10,891 bases of DNA, taken from assembly GCA_038883655.1 (NCBI GenBank), contig JAVZLQ010000010.1, positions 1-10,891 of the forward strand, in the 5' to 3' direction. Below the pieces are notes generated by a model. The model was given only the letters and a program-made list of their open reading frames with translations. It was not told the DNA's origin and did not search any database. Below, piece after piece: positions 1-6,328 of this stretch (its first letter is position 1; each line of letters opens with the position of its first letter). Origin of the DNA: Candidatus Bathyarchaeia archaeon. GTDB taxonomy: Archaea; Thermoproteota; Bathyarchaeia; Bathyarchaeales; Bathycorpusculaceae. Both the position numbers and the translations under genes were made by a program.

Positions 1-51
1 CCAGTGAGATTGCAGTTACTAATATGAGTTAAGGTTTTCCCTAAACGTCGG

Positions 52-2187
52 CTATTTCGCGTATTTCTTTGGATTCTTCTTGAATTCTTCCTCGCACATT
101 CTTGAACAGAAATAGATGACGCGCCCATCATATTCAATTTTGCTGTAGGCTGTATCCGGATCTATTTTCATGCCGCAGACAGGATCCGTAACCAAGCGCT
201 TTTTCTCCATTATCCCTTTCACCACCTCTGGCTCATATTTCCTTAAAGTCTGACTATTTAAGGCGACTATAACAGTGCTTAGGGACATTATTATCGCACC
301 GATGGCTGGCGGTAGATTCACGCCGTAGCCTGCTAGCACACCTGCTGCTAAGGGTATTGTCACCGTGTTGTAGCCGGCTGCCCACCATAGGTTTTGAACC
401 ATTTTAGAGTAGGTTTTGCGGGAAACGTCTATGGCTTTAACCACGTCCCGCGGGTCGTTTCGAACGAGGATTATGTCGGCGCTTTCAATTGCCACGTCTG
501 TTCCAGCGCCTATGGCTATGCCCACATCCGCTGTGACAAGCGCCGGAGCGTCGTTGATGCCGTCGCCTACCATGGCAACGCGGTAGCCTCCGTCTCTTAG
601 AAACTTTATTTTTTCCGCCTTTTTGTCGGGTAAAACTCTGGCGAAATAGTTGTCTATGCCGAGTTCCTTGGCAACCCAGCTGGCAACTTCTTCCGAGTCA
701 CCGGTAAGCATGTAAACCTTTACGCCTCTCTTTTTGAGTTCCCTAACAGCCTCGTAGGATTCTTCCCTAATAATGTCAGCCAAAGCCAAGGCGCCGGCAA
801 GCTTGCCATCAACAACCACAAAGACAACGGTTTTGCCTTGCCTTTGCAACTCCGCTATTTTTGGGTCGTTGACGCTTATGCCCAACTCGTCTAGGAGATT
901 TACGCTTCCAACATAAACCTCGTTTTTTCCAACCTTGGCGTAGGCACCTCGCCCAGGTAGAGCCTTAAATTCTTTGACTTGTGGAATTTTGGCTCCCTTG
1001 TTTCTGGCGTACTCCACTATGGCTTTTGCAATCACGTGCTCTGAGTTGAGTTCAACGGCAGCTGTTAAACTCAAAAGCTTTTCCTCAGACATTTGTGTAA
1101 CGATGTCTGTTACGCCGAACTTGCCAACAGTTAAGGTGCCGGTTTTGTCGAAGACTACAACGTCCACGTCTTTAACCATTTCGAAGGCACGTCTATCCCT
1201 TATGAGGATGCCGCTCTTTGCAGTTATTGATGTGGAAATTGCCACAACCAGCGGTATTGCCAAGCCAAGTGCATGGGGACAAGCAATGACAAGCACTGTT
1301 ACAGCCCTTTCAAGGGCAGCATCTGAACCAGCCAGAAAACTCCATGCTATGAAGGAGGTTATTCCAGCCACAAGCGCCACGTAAAAGAGCAGAGCTGCAG
1401 CCCTATTCGCCAAATCCTGTGTTCGCGAACGGCTTTCTTGGGCTTGTTTGACAAGCTTTATGACCTGCGCTAGATAGGTTTCTTCGCCTATCCTTTCAAT
1501 ACGCACTTTTAGCATGCCTTCGCTGTTTATGGAGCCGCCCACCACTTTGTCGCCGATGGTTTTGCTTATGGGCTTTGACTCCCCAGTCAGCAGCGCCTCG
1601 TTAACCGAAGACGTACCCTCAACGACAACGCCGTCTGACGGTATTTTCTCTCCGGGGCGAACTAACACAACGTCGCCCTTCTGCAGCTGGGCTGTTGGCA
1701 CATCTACGATTTCGCCATTTTTGACCAAGTGGGCTGATGTTGGCATTATGCGGACAAGCTCCTCCAGTGCCATGGAAGCGCCCATAACGCTCTTGGCTTC
1801 AACCCAATGACCCAAAAGCATAACATCAATCAATGTTGCAAGCTCCCAGTAGAAGTCTTTTCCGCTAAAGACAAAGACTGTTCCAAGCGAGTAGAACATA
1901 GCAACTGAAATGGCTACACCGATAAGCGTCATCATGCCCGGCTGTTTAGCCTTAATCTCGTCCGTCAAGCCTTTGAGGAAGGGCCAGCCGCCATAAACAT
2001 AGACTATCAGAGATAACAGTGAAAGGATTTCCTTCTGGAAGGGGATTTTAAGCCACTCTAAGCCAAACCACATCTGAATCATTTCGGAAAGTAGCAAAAT
2101 TGGAACCGTTAACACAAGCGAAACCCAAAATCTCCGCTTAAATTCCCCCACGTGATGGGCATGGTGATGATGACTATGGGTGCTCAA
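52..2187 (-). CDS. copB: Copper-transporting P1B-3 type ATPase (CopB-like) with short His-rich N-terminus and C-terminal YHS/TRASH domain
   Basis: TGES, CPH (IACPHALGLAIP), DKTGT, SEH, TGD, GDGIND, YN and MSLST motifs. N-terminus MSTHSHHHHAHH; C-terminus DPVCGM...YFCSRMC...F. TTG start with GGAGCGGAGG upstream. Confidence 0.93.
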   Translation of the reverse strand: MSTHSHHHHAHHVGEFKRRFWVSLVLTVPILLLSEMIQMWFGLEWLKIPFQKEILSLLSLIVYVYGGWPFLKGLTDEIKAKQPGMMTLIGVAISVAMFYSLGTVFVFSGKDFYWELATLIDVMLLGHWVEAKSVMGASMALEELVRIMPTSAHLVKNGEIVDVPTAQLQKGDVVLVRPGEKIPSDGVVVEGTSSVNEALLTGESKPISKTIGDKVVGGSINSEGMLKVRIERIGEETYLAQVIKLVKQAQESRSRTQDLANRAAALLFYVALVAGITSFIAWSFLAGSDAALERAVTVLVIACPHALGLAIPLVVAISTSITAKSGILIRDRRAFEMVKDVDVVVFDKTGTLTVGKFGVTDIVTQMSEEKLLSLTAAVELNSEHVIAKAIVEYARNKGAKIPQVKEFKALPGRGAYAKVGKNEVYVGSVNLLDELGISVNDPKIAELQRQGKTVVFVVVDGKLAGALALADIIREESYEAVRELKKRGVKVYMLTGDSEEVASWVAKELGIDNYFARVLPDKKAEKIKFLRDGGYRVAMVGDGINDAPALVTADVGIAIGAGTDVAIESADIILVRNDPRDVVKAIDVSRKTYSKMVQNLWWAAGYNTVTIPLAAGVLAGYGVNLPPAIGAIIMSLSTVIVALNSQTLRKYEPEVVKGIMEKKRLVTDPVCGMKIDPDTAYSKIEYDGRVIYFCSRMCEEEFKKNPKKYAK

Positions 2188-2205
2188 ATGCCTCCGCTCC
2201 AGTAT

Positions 2206-2652
2206 CTAGCCTTTAAGCTTCTCAAGAATTATTGCGGGACAGATTTTCTTAACCCCTTCTATTGGCCCGATTTTTTCAGATATAAGCCTCGTTAGTTCTC
2301 GGCCGTCTTTTGTCCAGATTTCCGTCATTATCATGTGGTCGCCGGTGGATGTGGCGACGCTTCGGATTTCTTTGAACTCGCAGAGTTTTTGGGCAACCTC
2401 CAAAAGTTTAGGTGGATCCACATCTATGCCAACAATAGCCACGGTGTTTAATCCTATCATCGCTGGGTTTATTTCAACAGTGAACCTTTTTATTACGCCT
2501 TTTTCTTTAAGGGCTTGAACCCTCTTGCGGATTGTGGACTCGCTTAATCTGAGCTTTTGAGCTATCTCTAAAAAGGGAAGCCTTGCATCCTCCTGCAGAA
2601 GCTTTAGGATTTTCTGATCAACTTCGTCTATTTCCGCATTTTTTCGCGCCAT
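2206..2652 (-). CDS. Lrp/AsnC family transcriptional regulator, LrpA/Ptr2-like (148 aa)
   Basis: N-terminal HTH (IDEVDQKILKLLQEDAR..EIAQKL..SESTIRKRV) plus RAM domain with STGDHMIMTEIW and KICPAIILEKL, as recalled for Pyrococcus LrpA and M. jannaschii Ptr2. Start moved from 2913 to ATG 2652 because the extension overlaps the peroxiredoxin gene. Confidence 0.92.
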   Translation of the reverse strand: MARKNAEIDEVDQKILKLLQEDARLPFLEIAQKLRLSESTIRKRVQALKEKGVIKRFTVEINPAMIGLNTVAIVGIDVDPPKLLEVAQKLCEFKEIRSVATSTGDHMIMTEIWTKDGRELTRLISEKIGPIEGVKKICPAIILEKLKG

Positions 2653-2702
2653 TTTCGTATCATCTTGTACGATTTTAGCTGAAATTTGTACGAAAAGCAT
2701 AT
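2646..2702. promoter_or_regulatory. Three phased putative Lrp/Ptr2 binding sites in the divergent lrp / prx promoter
   Basis: 15-mers GCGCCATTTTCGTAT (2646), GTACGATTTTAGCTG (2667) and GTACGAAAAGCATAT (2688), spaced 21 bp. Each is a partial match to the palindrome RTACGA-WWW-TCGTAY. Confidence 0.6.
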
Positions 2703-2707
2703 ATGCC

Positions 2708-2722
2708 TTGAAAGATAAAAAG
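2708..2722 (+). promoter_or_regulatory. Candidate BRE/TATA for the peroxiredoxin operon
   Basis: TTGAAAGATAAAAAG, 34-48 nt before the ATG at 2756. CGAAAAGCATATATG (2691-2705) is an alternative. Confidence 0.4.
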
Positions 2723-2755
2723 ATTGTGGTATACGGAAGTGGAGAAGGATGTAAA

Positions 2756-3418
2756 ATGGAGAAAGTTGAAGAGAAAAAACCGCTTTTGAGTCTCGGCGAA
2801 GTGGTTCCAGATTTTGAGGCGCTGACAACCCATGGCAAGATTAGGCTTTCAGACTTTAAGGGAAGATGGGTTATCCTGTTTTCACATCCCGCTGACTTCA
2901 CACCTGTCTGCACAACGGAGTTTGTGGCTTTCGCTCAAATTTATCCTGAGCTTGTCAAACGCAACGTCCAACTTATAGGATTAAGCATTGACAGTGTCTA
3001 CTCCCACATCGCATGGGTTAAAACCATCAAGGAAAAATTTGGCATAACAATACCATTCCCAGTGATCGCCGATTTAGACATGAAAGTAGCCAGCTTATTC
3101 GGCATGATACATCCCAAACAAAGCACGACAGCAGCAGTTCGCTGTGTCTTTGTAATAGACCCGGAAATGAAATTACGCGCAATGATATATTACCCGCTGA
3201 ATGTAGGTAGAAACATGGACGAGATTTTGAGGCTTATTGACGCGCTACAAACAGCTGACAAGTACAAGGTGGCTTTGCCAGCCAACTGGAGACCCGGCGA
3301 CCCGGTGATAGTGCCGCCTCCAACAACTCAAGAGGATGCTGAAAAACGTTTGCAGGAAGCCGCTCAACAAGGCTACGAGTGCGTTGACTGGTTCCTATGC
3401 AAGAAAAAGCTTCCATAA
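2756..3418 (+). CDS. Peroxiredoxin, Prx6 / archaeal type (220 aa)
   Basis: SHPADFTPVCTTE peroxidatic motif, GRNMDEILR, WRPGDPVIVPP and C-terminal CVDWFLC. ATG 2756 follows purine-rich GGAGAAGGA. Confidence 0.95.
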   Translation: MEKVEEKKPLLSLGEVVPDFEALTTHGKIRLSDFKGRWVILFSHPADFTPVCTTEFVAFAQIYPELVKRNVQLIGLSIDSVYSHIAWVKTIKEKFGITIPFPVIADLDMKVASLFGMIHPKQSTTAAVRCVFVIDPEMKLRAMIYYPLNVGRNMDEILRLIDALQTADKYKVALPANWRPGDPVIVPPPTTQEDAEKRLQEAAQQGYECVDWFLCKKKLP

Positions 3419-3454
3419 ACCTCCTTTTTATGCATTTAATTGAGGTGAAAGTGT

Positions 3455-3871
3455 TTGGTGCAGAAGCTTCGTTCCACAGCTAAGCTTGTGAAAGACTTTC
3501 GAATAAATGTTGACAACGGCAGAGCCCACAGCGTCTGCCTTGACCTACCGCCTGAACTTGGAACAAATATGGGACCCACAGCTCTTGAATTATGCGTAAT
3601 GAGCTATGCGGGCTGTTTCGCAACAATTTTCGCTTTGATGGCTAAGAAAATGAGAGTTCAGCTTAATGACTTGGAAGTTAAACTTGAAGCCGTAAAATCC
3701 GACGAGGCTGGAACCCTAACAGAAGCAGCTTTTGATATCCTCGTGAAAACCGACGCTTCAGAGGAAACAGTTCAGAGAATTTTCAAGCTGACGGTGGAAA
3801 ACTGTCCGGTTGGGAAGCTTTTCGAAAGAGCCAACGTCAAGATCAGCTATAACCTAAAAACAGAAAGATAG
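3455..3871 (+). CDS. OsmC/Ohr family protein
   Basis: D-x-P...G...GPTALE, AGC and NCPVG cysteine motifs; SD GAGGTGA at 3442-3448. Start is TTG 3455 or GTG 3458. Confidence 0.9.
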   Translation: MVQKLRSTAKLVKDFRINVDNGRAHSVCLDLPPELGTNMGPTALELCVMSYAGCFATIFALMAKKMRVQLNDLEVKLEAVKSDEAGTLTEAAFDILVKTDASEETVQRIFKLTVENCPVGKLFERANVKISYNLKTER

Positions 3872-3878
3872 GAGCTAG

Positions 3879-4046
3879 ATGCCTTTGACAAAGTGGGAAT
3901 GCTCGATTTGCGGGTACATTTACGACCCGGTGATTGGAGACCCGGAGCACGGCGTAAAACCCGGAACACCCTTCGAGGCTCTACCTGAAGATTGGGTTTG
4001 CCCAATTTGCGGAGCCCCTAAAGACCAGTTTGTTAAGAAGGAATAG
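3879..4046 (+). CDS. Rubredoxin (55 aa; absent from the ORF track)
   Basis: Manual translation: [55 protein letters not shown], with two CxxCG knuckles. GGAG upstream; TTG 3885 is an alternative start. Confidence 0.97.
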   Translation: MPLTKWECSICGYIYDPVIGDPEHGVKPGTPFEALPEDWVCPICGAPKDQFVKKE

Positions 4047-4065
4047 TTTTATGGAGGTGAATGCT

Positions 4066-4680
4066 TTGGAGCAGACTAAACTCTATGTTTTGCCGCAGCT
4101 GCTTTACGGCTATGGAGATTTGCAGCCTTACATGTCTGAGGAGCAGTTGCGGATACACCACACCAAACACCATCAAGCCTACGTTAACGGGGCGAACGCC
4201 ATCCTCCAAAGGCTGGACAAAGCTCGCAGGGAAAACCTAGACATCGACGTTAAGGCTACACTTAAAGAGCTTTCATGGAACGTGGCTGGGCATTTGCTGC
4301 ATTCGCTATTCTGGGGCAACCTAGCCCCGCCAAGCAGAGACGGCGGGAAGCCCGGCGGCAAACTCGCCGATAAAATCGCTGAAGAATTCGGAAGCTTTGA
4401 ACGCTTCAAGAAAGAGTTTTCACAGGCAGCTCTAAGCGTTGAAGGCTCCGGCTGGGCAGCCCTAACATTATGTAGGCAGACGGGCCGCCTAATGCTTATG
4501 CAGGTGGAAAAACACAACGTGAACGTTTATCCAATGTTCCGCATACTAATGGTTTTAGATGTTTTCGAACACGCCTACTACATAGACTACAAAAATGACA
4601 GAGCCAAGTTCGTCGAAGCTTTCTGGAACATAGTAAACTGGGACGAAGTCGACAGACGCTTGGAAGAATCCCTAAAATAG
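4066..4680 (+). CDS. sod: Fe/Mn superoxide dismutase (204 aa)
   Basis: [26 protein letters not shown] and DVFEHAYY motifs. GGAGGTGA (4053-4060) lies 5 nt before TTG 4066; the ORF-track start at 4030 overlaps rubredoxin. Confidence 0.96.
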   Translation: MEQTKLYVLPQLLYGYGDLQPYMSEEQLRIHHTKHHQAYVNGANAILQRLDKARRENLDIDVKATLKELSWNVAGHLLHSLFWGNLAPPSRDGGKPGGKLADKIAEEFGSFERFKKEFSQAALSVEGSGWAALTLCRQTGRLMLMQVEKHNVNVYPMFRILMVLDVFEHAYYIDYKNDRAKFVEAFWNIVNWDEVDRRLEESLK

Positions 4681-4691
4681 GATGAGGGAAA

Positions 4692-5132
4692 GTGGCAAAA
4701 ATTCTAGTACTTTATTATAGTAAGACTGGCAACACTGAGAAGATGGCTAGGGCCGTGGCTGAAGGCGCAAAAACAGTGCAAGGCATCGAAGTGGAATTAA
4801 CCTATCATGTGACGGCGGAGCAGCTGAAGGAGTTTGACGCCATAATTGTGGGGACACCAACATATCACCATGACACAACCATCGACATTAAAAAGCTGTT
4901 TGAAGATGCGGCTGCAAAAAACATAGACTTGAAGGACAAGGCTGGTGCTGCTTTTGGATCCTACGGGTGGAGTGGCGAAGCCCCGAGACTGGTCCTTGAA
5001 ATTATGAAAAACAGGTTTAGTATGGACGTGGCGGAGCCTCCTCTTTTGGCGAAGTACACACCGGACCAAGCGATGCTTGAAAAGTGCAAGGAGTTTGGGC
5101 GGAGAGTTGCTGAGAGGCTTATCCATAAATAG
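4692..5132 (+). CDS. Stand-alone flavodoxin, similar to the FprA/flavodiiron C-terminal domain
   Basis: FMN phosphate loop YYSKTGNTEKMA, GTPTY and AFGSYGWSGEA. GTG start after GAGGG. Confidence 0.92.
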   Translation: MAKILVLYYSKTGNTEKMARAVAEGAKTVQGIEVELTYHVTAEQLKEFDAIIVGTPTYHHDTTIDIKKLFEDAAAKNIDLKDKAGAAFGSYGWSGEAPRLVLEIMKNRFSMDVAEPPLLAKYTPDQAMLEKCKEFGRRVAERLIHK

Positions 5133-5168
5133 GTTAAAGTGGACATATTATGTATGGAGAAAGGGGTT

Positions 5169-5648
5169 ATGCCCTCAAAAAGTGAGCTTTTAAATTTTAT
5201 TAAACGACAGATAGAAGTGGAGAACGAGATTGTTGATTCGCTTAACGAAGCTTTGAAAACTATTGGCAATCCGTCGGTTAGGGGTGTTTTGAAAGGGATT
5301 TCGCTTGATTCTCTAAAGCATGCGGAAATGTATGATGCAGCCTTGAAGCTTTTAACTACAACCCAGCAGGCGCTTGCCCAAGAGCATCTTGACAAGCAGC
5401 GAAGTCTTGTAGAGAAGCATATCCGTGTGGAAGCCGAGCTGATTAAGAAGATAAGTGATATCTTACCAACAGTTGAAAATGAGAAAGTTAAGCTTCTTTT
5501 AACCGCCATACTTGCCGACGAAAGGAGACATCATGAACTTCTGAAAGCGGTTTTGGAAATCATTGTTAGAGGCGAAACAATAACCGAGGAAGACTGGTGG
5601 GACATTCTCTGGAAAAATGTGCCGTTCCACGGAGCACCGGGTGGTTAG
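5169..5648 (+). CDS. Ferritin-like / rubrerythrin-like diiron four-helix-bundle protein
   Basis: Two internally repeated halves: QIEVENE...DSLKH and HIRVEAE...DERRHH. Start uncertain (5139, 5154 or 5169); ATG 5169 follows GGAGAAAGGGG. Confidence 0.82.
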   Translation: MPSKSELLNFIKRQIEVENEIVDSLNEALKTIGNPSVRGVLKGISLDSLKHAEMYDAALKLLTTTQQALAQEHLDKQRSLVEKHIRVEAELIKKISDILPTVENEKVKLLLTAILADERRHHELLKAVLEIIVRGETITEEDWWDILWKNVPFHGAPGG

Positions 5649-5664
5649 CTTACATGCTTCAAAT

Positions 5665-5675
5665 CCCCCTTTTTT
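5665..5675 (+). terminator. Putative oligo(T) terminator of the prx-to-ferritin-like operon
   Basis: CCCCCTTTTTT just after the stop at 5648; similar CC(C)TTTT tracts follow other + strand genes here. Confidence 0.45.
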
Positions 5676-5691
5676 CGTGAAAGTTTTAAAA
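5676..5691 (+). promoter_or_regulatory. BRE/TATA promoter for the bacterioferritin-like gene
   Basis: CGTGAAAGTTTTAAAA: purine-rich BRE plus TTTTAAA, about 25 nt upstream of the SD GGAGGTGA (5716-5723). Confidence 0.55.
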
Positions 5692-5728
5692 TTGAACTTT
5701 AAATAAAACTGGAAAGGAGGTGAATTTG

Positions 5729-6148
5729 TTGGTTTCTAAAAAGTTGTTGGAAATGTTGAATGACGCCATCGCAAGGGAGATGCAAGTCGCTATCCAATAC
5801 ATGTGGCAGCACGTTCAATGGAGCGGAGTTAAAGGCTTCGCCGTCCAAGAAGAACTCAAAAAAGTGGCAATTACAGAGATGAAGCATGCAGAAGCTATTG
5901 CTGAAAGGCTTTTCTATTTAGGCGGGACGCCCACCACAAAGCCAACCGAAATTTTTGTTGGTAAAACCCTTAAGGAAATGATTGAACGAGACATAAAAGA
6001 CGAGGAAAACGCCATAAACCTATACAAGGAGATAATAGCCCAAGCCCAGAAAGAGGGCGATGTAACAACAGCATTCTTATTTGAAGGAATTCTCAAGGAC
6101 GAAGAGGAACACCATGACCTATTCACAACTCTAGCAGAAGAACTATAA
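5729..6148 (+). CDS. Short bacterioferritin-like protein (139 aa)
   Basis: Ferroxidase pattern ARE..QY / TEMKHAE..AERL / DEENAI / DEEEH, with the Bfr heme-ligand Met in EMKH. The ORF-track GTG 5720 lies inside the SD; TTG 5729 gives 5-nt spacing (TTG 5726 possible). Confidence 0.88.
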   Translation: MVSKKLLEMLNDAIAREMQVAIQYMWQHVQWSGVKGFAVQEELKKVAITEMKHAEAIAERLFYLGGTPTTKPTEIFVGKTLKEMIERDIKDEENAINLYKEIIAQAQKEGDVTTAFLFEGILKDEEEHHDLFTTLAEEL

Positions 6149-6172
6149 ACACGCAACTCCATTCCCTTCACA

Positions 6173-6189
6173 CCCTTTTTATTTATTTT
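6173..6189 (+). terminator. Putative T-rich terminator
   Basis: CCCTTTTTATTTATTTT after the stop at 6148. Confidence 0.5.
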
Positions 6190-6263
6190 GACGTATGTTT
6201 CTGCACTAATGAACTAGAGGGGGGAGTAGGGAAATAAGCTGTGAGTGTTTGCCATTTTCTTTG

Positions 6264-6277
6264 CGAAAGTTTAATTT
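6264..6277 (+). promoter_or_regulatory. BRE/TATA promoter for the EncFtn-like gene
   Basis: CGAAAGTTTAATTT shares GAAAGTTT with the promoter at 5679. Confidence 0.45.
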
Positions 6278-6328
6278 GTGCTGAAAACACAGTGGCAAAA
6301 TATAATCGGCATGAAAGGTGAGAAATGT

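Noticed and set aside
394-1810. Plus-strand ORFs 394-600, 974-1384 and 1514-1810
   Set aside because: Antisense shadows of copB with no recognisable motifs.
2697-2706. Perfect palindrome GCATATATGC as a separate element
   Set aside because: It overlaps the third Lrp-like site and a TATA-like core, which explain it.
2653-2913. 87-aa N-terminal extension of Lrp, and the 16-aa extension of Prx from 2708
   Set aside because: The Lrp extension is mostly antisense to prx, and both cross the promoter; family homology begins at 2652 and 2756.
3287-3945. Permuted repeat: TGGAGACCCGG+CGACCCGGTGAT in prx (3287-3309) versus CGACCCGGTGAT+TGGAGACCCGG in rubredoxin (3923-3945)
   Set aside because: The match is real, but both lie in family-conserved peptides (WRPGDPVI and YDPVIGDP). 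Codon coincidence is sufficient and there is no sign of a mobile element.
5640-5648. C-terminal GG suggesting a ubiquitin-like/SAMP modifier
   Set aside because: The protein is all-helical and ferritin-like, not beta-grasp, and no E1 or JAMM gene is nearby.
6149-6262. Possible ncRNA or hairpin between pyrimidine-rich 6156-6169 and G-rich 6217-6231
   Set aside because: Pairing is short and interrupted; no tRNA fold or C/D box pair is evident.
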